Source: an uncultured Chloroflexia bacterium (lineage in GTDB: Bacteria; Chloroflexota; Limnocylindria; Limnocylindrales; CSP1-4). Taken from it: DNA of 64,000 bases. Each line of letters begins with the position of its first letter. The stretch's first letter is position 1. A program made the position numbers and the translations under genes. Below are positions 27,822 through 37,518 of the stretch, one piece after another. Location: the NCBI GenBank assembly GCA_963712745.1, contig CAVQJC010000011.1, positions 320,001 to 384,000 of the forward strand, written 5' to 3'. Below the pieces are notes generated by a model. It worked only from the letters and a program-made list of their open reading frames with translations, made no database searches and was not told the origin of the DNA.

Positions 27822-30614
27822 CTATGGGCCCGTCACCTTCGTGCTCACCGGCTTGTCATCACCATCGAGCTCGGCGGTGACGGACTCTGGCGGAGCAGCC
27901 GCCTTGGTGACCCGGGCAGCACACACCTTGTACTCCGCGGTCCGGGTGACGTCGTCGAAGACGTCGTTCGTGATGCGGTTCGTGGGCTGGTCGACGAAGT
28001 GGAATGGCATCCACAGCGCTCCGGGTCGGGTGCGTCGACCGACCTTGGCCCGCACTGTCACCTCCCCGCGGCGGGTCGCCACGGTGACGGCGTCAGCATC
28101 GGCCACGCCCAGCTCGGCGGCGTCATGCTCGTGCATCTCGACGAAGTTGCGACGCTGCTTCTGGCGGATCGCTCCTACCTTCTGAGTCATGTTCCCGATG
28201 TTGTAGTTGTAGAGCGTCCGCCCGGTGGAGAGGATGTATGGGTACTCGTCGTCAGGCAGCTCCGCCGCGGGCCGGAAGCCGATCTCGTGGAATGCTCCGA
28301 GGCCCCGGGTGAAGGTGCCTTCATGGAGGAACGGTGTCCCGGCATGGTCGGCGGTCGGGCAGGGCCACTGCAGGCCGACCTCGTCGATGCGCTCGTAGCT
28401 CATGCCGGCGTAGCTCGGGGTCAAGCTCGCCATCTCATCGAAGATCTCGCCGGCGTGCCCGTATGACATGGGGTAGCCCATCGCCGTCGACATGAGGCAG
28501 AGGATCTCCCAGTCCGGCTTCGCCTGGCCCGGCGGGTCGACGGCCTTGCGTACCCGCTGCACCCGCCGCTCGGTGTTGGTGAACGTCCCGTCCTTCTCGG
28601 CGAAGCTGGTCGCCGGGAAGACCACATCAGCCAACTTCGCGGTCTCGGTCATGAAGATCTCCTGGCACACCAGGAAGTCCAGTCTCTCGAGGTCGGCGAT
28701 GACCTTCGCCTGATTGGGCTCCGACAGCACGGGATCCTCGCCGAACACGTAGAAGCCTCGCAGCACACCGTCGCCTGCGGCCTCGATGAAGTCAGGGATG
28801 CGGCCGCCTCTGTTGGTGGGAATCTCCACGCCCCACGCCTCTGCGAACTTGAGCCGCGCCACCTCGTCGGTGACCTTCTGGTAGCCGGGGAAGTCGCCGT
28901 GCATGGCGCCCATGTCACAGCCGCCCTGCACGTTGTTCTGCCCTCGCAGCGGGTTCACGCCGCTGGAAGGCTTGCCGATCTGGCCACACAGCATCGCTAG
29001 GTTCGCCAGGTTCTGCACGTTCTCGGTGCCGCAGGTGTGCTCGGTGATGCCGAGCGTGTAGAAGATGGCCGAGGGCTGTCCTTGTGCGTACGTCTCGGCG
29101 GCCCGCCTGATCAGATCGGCATCGACGTCGCACACCCTGGCCGCCTGCTCGACGCTATAGCCGTCGAGGTTGCCGCGGAAGGCGTCGAAGCCCTCGCAGC
29201 GGGACGCGATGAACTCGACGTCGTGCAGGCCCCGGTCGAGGATGTGGCGCATCATCGCGTTGACCAGCATGTTGTCGGTGCCGGGCTTGTGCTGGATGTG
29301 GATGGCGGCGTGCTCGGCCACCCAGGTGCGGCGCGGGTCACACACGATCATCTTCGCCCCGCGCTTGAGTGCCTTCTTCATCTCGAGACCGATGATGGGA
29401 TGCGCCTCGGTCGGATTCGACCCGATGATGAGCATCGTGTCGACATCCTTGATCTCGCCGATGGGATTGGTCATCGCCCCCGACCCGAACGAGCTGGCCA
29501 GCCCGGCCACGGACGGGGCGTGGCAGGTGGTGGCGCATTGGTCGACGTTGTTGGTAGCGCCGGCGGATCGGGCCATCTTCTGCAGGAGGTAGTTCTCCTC
29601 GTTGGTGCAGCGGCACGAGCTGAGGAAGGCCACGGCGTCCGGGCCATGTTCCCGGCGGATCTCCCGCAGCCGCCGGCCCGCCAGCTTCAGTGCCTCATCC
29701 CAGCTCGCTTCACGGAACTCACCGTTCTCCTTGATGAGCGGCGTCGTCAGCCGCTCGGGTGAGTGGATGTATTCGAACCCGAACTTGCCCTTGACGCATA
29801 GGTTGCCGTCGTTGGGCACACAGCCGACCGGGGAGGTCACCCGCACGACACGGTTGGCCGACCTGTCGACATTCAGGTCCAGGACGCAGCCGACGCCACA
29901 GTACGGGCAGACCGTGCGAACCGACTCGAGGTCCTTGCACTGACCCTTGCCCAGCGCTGCCCGCTCGTACATGGCCCCGGTCGGGCAGGTCGAGATGCAC
30001 ATGCCGCAGAGCACGCACGAGGTGTCATTCAAGGCCATGTCGAACGGCGTAGTCACCGCCGCCTGCGCGGCTCTCTGCGTGAACGTCAGCGCGCTGGCCA
30101 TCACCACCTCGTCACAGATGCGCACGCAGCGGCCGCAAGTGATGCACAGCTGAGGGTCGAAGGCGATGGCTTCGTTGCCGGTGGTGAAGTTCGGGACGGC
30201 CGGATCTGGCTGGTACGATCCGAATGCGAACTGGTCGACCCCGTAGCGGTACGCGTAGTCCATCAGGGCGCACTCGCCGTTCTTGTCACACGTGGGGCAG
30301 CTGACCCGGTGGTCGCCGAGTATCAGCTCCAGCACCGACTCGCGCATCGACGCCAGTTCGTCGCTCTCGGTGCGAATGACCATGCCCTCCTCGATCTGGG
30401 TGGTACATGCCGTCGGCAGGCCGGGGTGACCATCGACCTCCACGATGCACAGCCGGCACGCCCCCACCGGCTTCAGTCGGGGATCGAAGCACAGGCGGGG
30501 TACGTCGATGCCGGCCGCAAGGGCGGCTTCCAGCACCGTCTCGCCTTCGGCGGCAGAGACCGGCTGGCCGTCGATGGTGAGGGTCACCGTACCCGGCGCT
30601 GTCGCTACGGCCAT
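27822..30614 (-). CDS. fdhA: Mo/W-bis-PGD formate dehydrogenase alpha subunit (Cys ligand) with N-terminal 2Fe-2S/4Fe-4S domains
   Basis: GACRLC, CITCGRC, CVLCGMCISTCP, CPYCGVGC, TCHAPS, LRGQNNVQG and FTNTERRVQ motifs. Confidence 0.95.
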   Translation of the reverse strand: MAVATAPGTVTLTIDGQPVSAAEGETVLEAALAAGIDVPRLCFDPRLKPVGACRLCIVEVDGHPGLPTACTTQIEEGMVIRTESDELASMRESVLELILGDHRVSCPTCDKNGECALMDYAYRYGVDQFAFGSYQPDPAVPNFTTGNEAIAFDPQLCITCGRCVRICDEVVMASALTFTQRAAQAAVTTPFDMALNDTSCVLCGMCISTCPTGAMYERAALGKGQCKDLESVRTVCPYCGVGCVLDLNVDRSANRVVRVTSPVGCVPNDGNLCVKGKFGFEYIHSPERLTTPLIKENGEFREASWDEALKLAGRRLREIRREHGPDAVAFLSSCRCTNEENYLLQKMARSAGATNNVDQCATTCHAPSVAGLASSFGSGAMTNPIGEIKDVDTMLIIGSNPTEAHPIIGLEMKKALKRGAKMIVCDPRRTWVAEHAAIHIQHKPGTDNMLVNAMMRHILDRGLHDVEFIASRCEGFDAFRGNLDGYSVEQAARVCDVDADLIRRAAETYAQGQPSAIFYTLGITEHTCGTENVQNLANLAMLCGQIGKPSSGVNPLRGQNNVQGGCDMGAMHGDFPGYQKVTDEVARLKFAEAWGVEIPTNRGGRIPDFIEAAGDGVLRGFYVFGEDPVLSEPNQAKVIADLERLDFLVCQEIFMTETAKLADVVFPATSFAEKDGTFTNTERRVQRVRKAVDPPGQAKPDWEILCLMSTAMGYPMSYGHAGEIFDEMASLTPSYAGMSYERIDEVGLQWPCPTADHAGTPFLHEGTFTRGLGAFHEIGFRPAAELPDDEYPYILSTGRTLYNYNIGNMTQKVGAIRQKQRRNFVEMHEHDAAELGVADADAVTVATRRGEVTVRAKVGRRTRPGALWMPFHFVDQPTNRITNDVFDDVTRTAEYKVCAARVTKAAAPPESVTAELDGDDKPVSTKVTGP

Positions 30615-32315
30615 CTATGCCTGACCTCCCGCCAGCGCAGGCTCGCGCGGACCCAGCGCCTTGCAGACCCCAGCCGGACAGGTCCCCTCGACCACGTGCG
30701 CCAGGTATTCGTCGCGGAAGTGGCGCAGCGTAGAGAGCACCGGGTTGGGCGCGGTCTGCCCCAGGCCGCACAGTGACGTGCGGCGTACCACGTCGCTGAG
30801 CTGTTCCAGCCTGTCCAGGTCGGCGGCCGTGCCCTCGCCACCGCAGATGCGGTCGAGGATCTCCTGCAGTCGCACCGTACCCAATCGACACGGCGCGCAA
30901 AGCCCACAGCTCTCGGCAGCGCAGAAGCTGATGAAGTAGCGGGCGATGTCCACGATGCAGGTCGTGTCGTCCATCACGATCATGCCGCCGGATCCCATGA
31001 TCGCCCCGACCTCGCGCAGCGAGTCGTAGTCGATGGGCAGGTCGAGATGGGCTGCCGGCACGCAGCCGCCTGAGGGCCCGCCCATCTGCACCGCCTTGAA
31101 CTCCCGGTCGCGGGGCAGGCCGCCACCGACCCCGAACACGATGTCGCGGATCGTCGCCCCCATCGGCACCTCCACCAGGCCGGTGTTCTTCACCTGGCCC
31201 GCGAGGGCGAAGATCTTGGTGCCCTTCGACCCTTGCGTCCCGCGCTCGGCGAAGGCGGCGCCGCCTTCGGCCACGATCAGCGGGATGTTCGCGAACGTCT
31301 CGACGTTGTTGATGATCGTCGGCTGGCCCAGGTAGCCCCTCGCTGCGGGGTACGGCGGCTTGGGTCGGGCGATGCCTCGATGTCCCTCCAGCGAGGCGAT
31401 CATGGCAGTCTCCTCACCGCACACGAACGCCCCGGCGCCCTCACGCACCTCGATGTCCAGCGAGAACCCACTGCCCAGGATGTCGTCGCCCAGCAGACCC
31501 CATTCTCTCGCCTGGTCGATGGCCAGCCGCACGTGATGCACGGCGATGGGATACTCGGCCCGGACGTAGATGAAGCCCCTGGTGGCCCCGACTGCGAAGG
31601 CGGCGATGATCATGCCCTCGATGACGCTGTGCGGGTCGCCCTCCAGCAGGGCCCGATCCATGAAGGCGCCCGGGTCACCCTCGTCGGCGTTGCAGATGAG
31701 GTACCGATCCCCGGCGAAGAAGCGCTTGCAGATCTCCCACTTGAGCCCGGTCGGGAAGCCACCACCACCGCGGCCGCGGATGGCGCTCGCCTTCACCTCC
31801 TCGACGACCTCATCGGGCTGCATATCGAGGAAGGCCTTGGCGGCTGCCTGGTAGACGTCGCGCCCGATGGCGTCTTCGATGCGCTGCGGATCGACCCGGC
31901 CGACGTTGCGCAGCACCCGCTTGGTCTGGTGCTGGTAGAAGGGGATGTCATGCATGTGCGCCATGGTCTCGTCGCGCTCGTAGCACAAGCGGGCGACGAC
32001 CTCGCCTTTCTGCACGGTCTGGGAGATGACGTCGGGCACGAACTTCACCCGGTTGCGGCCGTAGAGGACATCGCCGGGTTCGATGACGGCTACTGGGGCC
32101 ATGGCGCACAGGCCGTGGCAGCCAGTGGCGACGATGTCGACCTCCTCTTCAAGGCCGGCGAGAGCGACCTCCTCTCGGAACGCCGCCTCGATCTCCCGGG
32201 CTCCGATGGCGAGGCATCCGGTGGAGCACACCAGCACCCGCTTCCTTCCCTCCGCGGCAGCGACCAGCCTGTCGCGGAGCGCGGTCAGCTCGTCCGAAGA
32301 CCCGATCCTGGTCAT
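30615..32315 (-). CDS. nuoF: NuoF/HylB-like NAD(H)- and FMN-binding subunit of the formate dehydrogenase complex
   Basis: N-terminal thioredoxin-like 2Fe-2S domain (CSTGC..GCHGLC), GRGGGGFPTG, NADEGDPGAFMD, GAFVCGEET, GGPSGG and ESCGLCAPCR. ATG 32315 overlaps the nuoE stop. Confidence 0.93.
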   Translation of the reverse strand: MTRIGSSDELTALRDRLVAAAEGRKRVLVCSTGCLAIGAREIEAAFREEVALAGLEEEVDIVATGCHGLCAMAPVAVIEPGDVLYGRNRVKFVPDVISQTVQKGEVVARLCYERDETMAHMHDIPFYQHQTKRVLRNVGRVDPQRIEDAIGRDVYQAAAKAFLDMQPDEVVEEVKASAIRGRGGGGFPTGLKWEICKRFFAGDRYLICNADEGDPGAFMDRALLEGDPHSVIEGMIIAAFAVGATRGFIYVRAEYPIAVHHVRLAIDQAREWGLLGDDILGSGFSLDIEVREGAGAFVCGEETAMIASLEGHRGIARPKPPYPAARGYLGQPTIINNVETFANIPLIVAEGGAAFAERGTQGSKGTKIFALAGQVKNTGLVEVPMGATIRDIVFGVGGGLPRDREFKAVQMGGPSGGCVPAAHLDLPIDYDSLREVGAIMGSGGMIVMDDTTCIVDIARYFISFCAAESCGLCAPCRLGTVRLQEILDRICGGEGTAADLDRLEQLSDVVRRTSLCGLGQTAPNPVLSTLRHFRDEYLAHVVEGTCPAGVCKALGPREPALAGGQA

Positions 32316-32794
32316 CGGTACCGCTCCAGGATCCCCGTGACCTTGTCCGCGGTCACGCTGCCGAAGTAGTCGTGGCCGATCATCACTACCGGCGCCAGGA
32401 AGCATGTGCCCAGGCAGGCCACGGTCTCGATGCCGTAGCGGCCATCTTCGGTGATCTCCCCTTCGTGGATGCCAAGGCGAGACTCCACGGCATCCTGGAT
32501 CGCTTGGCGGCCCCGCACGTGGCAAGCCGTACCACGGCACACCCGGACGGTATTGCGGGCGTGTGGCTCGAGATAGAACTGCGCGTAGAAGGTCGCGACC
32601 CCGTACAGATGGCTGAGTGGGACACCCGCAACGGCGCTCGCCTCGAGCAGCACCTCTTCCGGCAAATAGCCGTAGGTGCCCTGGATCGCCTGGAGCAGCG
32701 GTACGACGTGCCCATGACCGATGGGCGCCATCTCATCGAGGACGCGCCGTGCCGGAGCCAGGTCTACCGTGTCGGCGACCGAAGATCCGACCAT
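32312..32794 (-). CDS. nuoE: NuoE/HylC-like 2Fe-2S subunit
   Basis: GVATFY, VCRGTACH and ACLGTC motifs. The start is estimated; the track ORF extends to 33073. Confidence 0.9.
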   Translation of the reverse strand: MVGSSVADTVDLAPARRVLDEMAPIGHGHVVPLLQAIQGTYGYLPEEVLLEASAVAGVPLSHLYGVATFYAQFYLEPHARNTVRVCRGTACHVRGRQAIQDAVESRLGIHEGEITEDGRYGIETVACLGTCFLAPVVMIGHDYFGSVTADKVTGILERYR

Positions 32795-33109
32795 CGAGGG
32801 GCAGCGTATCTCGAGGCTCTGACCTCGGGGCGTGGCAAAGGTCCCGAGTCCTCGGGATATGAGGCACCATTCCGCTCGTAGCGTCTGGGAACCAGGGCTG
32901 GATGGGACGCTCCGGTCGACCATCGCGTGGACCCGTCGGAGGTCGACGCCCGCTGCCCGTCGCCACACGAGGGGCAGGTTCGACCGTCGCGCGAGGTGGG
33001 CCGAACGGCCCTGCGATTCGGGCCCGCGCAGCCTAGCCAGCCTAACCGTTTGCCTGACACTCTGGGTCGACAAGCCTTCTGATCAGCGCTCTGCACGAGG
33101 TAGGCTCGG

Positions 33110-33475
33110 ATGGGGTCGTCGACTGAGGCGTCGATGCTCGCTGCGCTCGAGCAGGCCGAGATGGCCGCTCGCGAGCGCCGGCTTGCCGCGTCCAGTGAGG
33201 CGGAGGCGGTCCTGTCCGCAGCGCAGGCGCGTGCGTCTGAGATCGGCGCGAGCGCGGGTCGACGTGTGGACGATGCCCTGGCCGACTTACGCCACTCGGC
33301 GGAAGCTGCGGCTGACGCGGCGATCGTGGATCTCGAACGGGTCGCGGCCAAGCGTGCAGGTGCGAGCACGAGCCGCGCACGGGACGATCGGGTCGTCGGG
33401 AGCGCTGTGGCCATGGTCGTCGCCCGCGTCCTTGGCGAATTGTCCTCCGACCCCGACGACGGGGATCGAGCCTGA
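33110..33475 (+). CDS. A/V-type ATPase peripheral-stalk subunit H/G
   Basis: Ala/Glu/Arg coiled coil; first gene of the operon, coupled to subunit I. Confidence 0.65.
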   Translation: MGSSTEASMLAALEQAEMAARERRLAASSEAEAVLSAAQARASEIGASAGRRVDDALADLRHSAEAAADAAIVDLERVAAKRAGASTSRARDDRVVGSAVAMVVARVLGELSSDPDDGDRA

Positions 33476-35425
33476 TGCTCGTCCCCATGCGCCGCGTCGA
33501 GATCGTCGTCCCGCGCTCGACCGCGAGCGCCGCGCTGAAGCTGATACACCGCGCGGGCGCTGTGCACCTCGAGACCTTCGACCAGCTGGACGGGGCGCAC
33601 CCAGGTATGTTCGTCATCCCGCACCTCGAAGACGGCAGCGAGGCATCCATCGAAGGCGACGGTCGCTTCAAGGAGCCGCTCGAGGAGGTCGCCAGACTGG
33701 GTGCGCTCATCGGCACCGTACCGGTGGGCCGTGATCGACTCGAGGTGGCGTGGGCGCTCGATGACGAGGCCCTGATCGCGGCCGCCGACCGATTGCGGCC
33801 CGTCCAGTCAGCGGCGGACAGGCTTACCGGCGAGCGAGTCCGTGCCGTCGCCGACCTCGAACGGATCGATTCCTACCGCCATATCATCGATGGCCTCTCG
33901 GGTGCCGTGGGCCACCTGCCGAGGCTCCGCGGCTACGCCGCGACCGGAATCATCGTGAGCACGCGACACCGCGCGCTCGTGGGGCTCATCAGCGAGGAGC
34001 TCGAAGCCATCACCGACGGTCGCTGCGAGGTCGATCTCGGCCGACCTCCTGGACCAGCGCACCGCCGCCGTCCTGCTCTATCCGGCTGCCAGGGCCGGTG
34101 AGGTCTCCGATGTCCTGGGCGGGCGGGAACTCGAGGAGGTCAGCCTGCCGGCCGATCTCCAGGGTGTGCCCTTCGACGAGCTAGGGCCCCGGATGGCGGT
34201 CGAGGTCGAGCGGCTCCGGGCGCTCATCGCCAAGCTCGAGGACCAGTTCGAGCATCTCGCGATCGAGCACCGGACCAACGTGTCGGCGCTGCGACTCGTC
34301 CTCAGTGACCGTGTGGCCGAGCACCACGAGCTGCACCGTGCCACGCACTCGGACCATCTCACCGTGTTCACCGGCTGGGTACCGGCCGCCGAGCTCGACG
34401 ACCTCAGGAGGGAGCTGGCCGACGGCCTCGGGGAGCGCATCCTCGTCATCGACCACGGGAAGGCGTCGGCGCCCGGGCAGGAACCGCCGGTGGCCGTCAC
34501 CAACGGACCCATCTCACGAGCGTTCGAGCCGCTCTCGCGTTTCGCGGCCGTGCCGCGCTACGGGACCATCGACCCGACGCCGCTGCTGGCGCTGACCTTC
34601 CCGGCCTTCGTGGGCCTGATGATCGGCGACGCCGGCTACGGCCTGGTCATGCTGGCGCTCCTCGTCATCTTCCGGAGGCGCATGATGCGCTCACCACTGC
34701 TGCGCAAGGTCTGGCCCATCGGCCTCACGATGGCCCTCTCGACGATCTTCTTCGGTGTGCTCTTCGCAGAGGCCTTCGGCGAGACCGCCCGTCACGTCCT
34801 GCACGTCGAGCCCATCCTCTTCGACCGCGCCGAGCCCGAGTCGGCGATCATCATCATGCTCGTGATCGCCATCACCATCGGATTCGTCCAGGTCGGGCTG
34901 GGATTGGCGCTGGGCGTATGGAACGCCGCCCAGGTGGATCACCGGCGTGAGGCTGTCGGGCGCGCGTCGCTCCTGCTCGGGCTCGTGACGGTCGTCATCA
35001 TGATCGCCGCGACCGCCGGGCTCCTGCCGGGCGAGGTGATCTTGATCGCCGTCGCAGCGCTCGTCGCCGCGGTCGTGATCGCGGGGCTGTCGATGGGTAT
35101 CGCCGGGCCCGTCGAGATGCTGGGCGTCATGGGCAACGTGCTCTCGTACGCGCGGTTGATGGCCGTCGCCTTCGCGGGGGTCATGCTCGCGCTCGTTGCC
35201 GACGAGCTGGGTAGCCTCATGCCCAGCCTCATCTTCGGGATCCTCGTGGCCATCGTGCTGCACTCGCTCAACCTGGCTCTGGGCGTCTTCGACGCCTCCG
35301 TCCAGGGGCTGCGACTGCACCTCGTCGAGTTCTTCACCAAGTTCGTCGAGCCGGGGGGTACGCCGTACGCGCCCTTCACCTCGGCGCTCGGAGTGAGCCA
35401 TAGCGCTCAGGTAGATGGGAGGTAG
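33475..35425 (+). CDS. atpI: A/V-type ATPase subunit I (a); +1 frameshift near 34033
   Basis: MLVPMRRV..; PRYGTIDPT, GDAGYG, SYARLMA (essential Arg) and RLHLVEFFTKF. Removing one base joins ORFs 33475..34101 and 34166..35425. Confidence 0.92.
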
Positions 35426-35437
35426 CCAGAATGCTGG

Positions 35438-35650
35438 ATGAAGGAGCTGCACGAATCGATCGGCGCGGCACTCGCGATCGGGCTGAGCGCGCTGGGAACA
35501 GCCTGGGCTCAGGCCCGCATCGGCGCGGCCGGAGCCGGGGTATTGGCCGAGAAGCCGGAGATGCTCAATAGCATCTTCCTGATCCTGGTGTTGCCGGAGA
35601 CGATCGTCATCCTCGGCTTCGTCGTGGCCGCCATGATCCTGCTCCTGTGA
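35438..35650 (+). CDS. atpK: A/V-type ATPase proteolipid subunit K (c), single hairpin
   Basis: AQARIGAAG..AEKP..LPETIVILGF. Confidence 0.95.
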   Translation: MKELHESIGAALAIGLSALGTAWAQARIGAAGAGVLAEKPEMLNSIFLILVLPETIVILGFVVAAMILLL

Positions 35651-35653
35651 CAG

Positions 35654-36289
35654 GTGGTCGAGGACATCCTGATGGGGGTCGAAGGGATCATCGCGATCAT
35701 CGAGCGTGAGGCAGACCAGGAAGCGAAACGGATCGTCGCGGACGCTGAGCGTCAGGCAGGCGAGATGATCGCCGGCGCTGAAGCCGAGGTGCAGGCCCAG
35801 GTCGAGGCGGCCATCGAGCGTCTTGGACCAGAGATCCGCGCCGCGTCCCAGCGCCGCATCAACGCCGTGCGCCTGCGCATCCTGGAGGATCGCGCGCGCG
35901 GCGACGCGGCCCGATTGACCGCGGTTTTCGACGCCGCGGAGGAGCAGGTCACGGCGATCGCGGGTGGGGCCGAACCAGCGCGCTGGTCATCCGCGCTGTC
36001 AGCGCTGTGCGTCGAATCGCTGCGCTCGATCGGCGAAGGTGCCTCGGTGAAGGTGCGCGCCCGAGACATCGATGTGGTCTCGAGCGTAGCCGCTACCTGG
36101 CACGCCGACGTCATGGCTCTCCCTGATGGCGACGAGCCGGGTCTCGTGGTCAGCTCGAGCGACGGTCGTATCGAGGTGGACGCGCGCCTGTCGGTCCGGC
36201 TGGGTCGGGCGCGGTCGCTGCTGGCCGAAGCGGTCGCGCAGCTGCTGCGCCTCGAGGTGGCGGACCAGGAGCAGGCATCGGCGGGGTAG
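35654..36289 (+). CDS. atpE: A/V-type ATPase subunit E
   Basis: N-terminal coiled coil, C-terminal G.VV.S.DGRIEVD motif and operon position (alternative ATG at 35672). Confidence 0.85.
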   Translation: MVEDILMGVEGIIAIIEREADQEAKRIVADAERQAGEMIAGAEAEVQAQVEAAIERLGPEIRAASQRRINAVRLRILEDRARGDAARLTAVFDAAEEQVTAIAGGAEPARWSSALSALCVESLRSIGEGASVKVRARDIDVVSSVAATWHADVMALPDGDEPGLVVSSSDGRIEVDARLSVRLGRARSLLAEAVAQLLRLEVADQEQASAG

Positions 36290-36292
36290 ACG

Positions 36293-37201
36293 ATGGGCTA
36301 CGACTACGGCAACGCCCGGATCGCGGCCAGGCGGGGCCAGCTGCTCGATCGGGCTGCCATCTCACGCCTCGGCGACTCCGCGACGGCCTCGGCGATGGTG
36401 GCGCAGCTGGAGCGTTCGGCGGACTGGGCGCCGATCCTGCGGCGGGTGGCGCCGCTCGGGACCGACGCCACCGCGGCCTTGGAGACCGCCATCGAGTTCC
36501 ATCGCTCAGCCCGCCTCGGAGCGCTGCCACCGTTCTACGACGGCCAGGACCGCCGCTTCGTCGAGACGCTCGTGCTGCCCCTGGACGCTGAGCGGGCGGT
36601 GGCCGTGCTGCGACGCCGACGTGCGGGAGAACCAGCCGAGGCGATCGCGACCAGCTCCGTGCCAGGCGCCCTGCTCGACGCATCCGCGCTCGCCGCGATG
36701 GCTCGCGCACCCGGCCCGGCAGCGGCCCTTCGCCCGCTCGTGGACCGGGGAGTCATCGCGCGTGCCGACGCGCTGCCGATCATCGCGGCCGAGGCTCGCG
36801 GGGCCCGCAGCGCCGAGGTGGAGTCGCTGTTGCTGGCGGCCATCGATCGCGCGCGCTGGGAACGAGTCAGCGTCGGCGGCGGCGAGGCCGCGGCGCTGCG
36901 TCGGCTGCTCGAGCACGAACAGGAAGCCCGGGAGGCGACCGTCGTCGAGCTCGGGAAGGCCGGTCCGACGCTGGCCACGATGCTGGACCGCACGACCCGC
37001 CTGGCCCGACTGGACACGCTTGGCGCGCTCGGTCGGCGCGACCTCCTGGGCATCGGGGCCGTGGCGGGGTACGTGGCTGCGGTCGAGGCCCAGGCGATCC
37101 GCCTGCGCGCCATGGTCGCCAAGGTCCGGGCGCGCTGGACGGCCGAGGACGCCACACCGTACCTGGCCCGGAACGAGAGGTCGACATGGCTCGTGTGGTG
37201 A
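36293..37201 (+). CDS. atpC: A/V-type ATPase subunit C (d)
   Basis: YDYGNARI.ARR..LL N-terminus and operon position. Confidence 0.85.
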   Translation: MGYDYGNARIAARRGQLLDRAAISRLGDSATASAMVAQLERSADWAPILRRVAPLGTDATAALETAIEFHRSARLGALPPFYDGQDRRFVETLVLPLDAERAVAVLRRRRAGEPAEAIATSSVPGALLDASALAAMARAPGPAAALRPLVDRGVIARADALPIIAAEARGARSAEVESLLLAAIDRARWERVSVGGGEAAALRRLLEHEQEAREATVVELGKAGPTLATMLDRTTRLARLDTLGALGRRDLLGIGAVAGYVAAVEAQAIRLRAMVAKVRARWTAEDATPYLARNERSTWLVW

Positions 37202-37518
37202 TCCTCAGCGCCCCGGGTCAAGCCGACGGCTATCGCCTCGCCGGTTGCTCCACCGTCGTCGCGTCGCCCGGAGCTCAAGCTGCCGCGTCCCTGCGCCACC
37301 TTGCCGCAACCTCTGACATCGGCGTGCTGCTCGTCAGCGCCGACCTCTGGGCGAGCCTCGACGACCGCCTGCGAGGTGACGTCGAGCAGCTGGCCCGACC
37401 GGTGGTCATGCCCATCCCGGAGGGCGAACGCACGCCCGGGGCGGCTCGAGTGCAGCTGCTCGGCGAGATGTTCCAGCGGGCGATCGGCTTTCGCATCCAG
37501 ATCAGCGGCGGAGAATGA
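37186..37518 (+). CDS. atpF: A/V-type ATPase subunit F
   Basis: GYRLAG, P.VM.IP and RAIGF motifs. Confidence 0.88.
   Translation: MARVVILSAPGQADGYRLAGCSTVVASPGAQAAASLRHLAATSDIGVLLVSADLWASLDDRLRGDVEQLARPVVMPIPEGERTPGAARVQLLGEMFQRAIGFRIQISGGE

Noticed and set aside
27822-30614. Selenocysteine formate dehydrogenase
   Set aside because: The active-site position is Cys (TCHAPS) and there is no in-frame TGA.
30615-32794. Respiratory complex I
   Set aside because: Only E- and F-like subunits are present, coupled to fdhA, with no membrane nuo genes.
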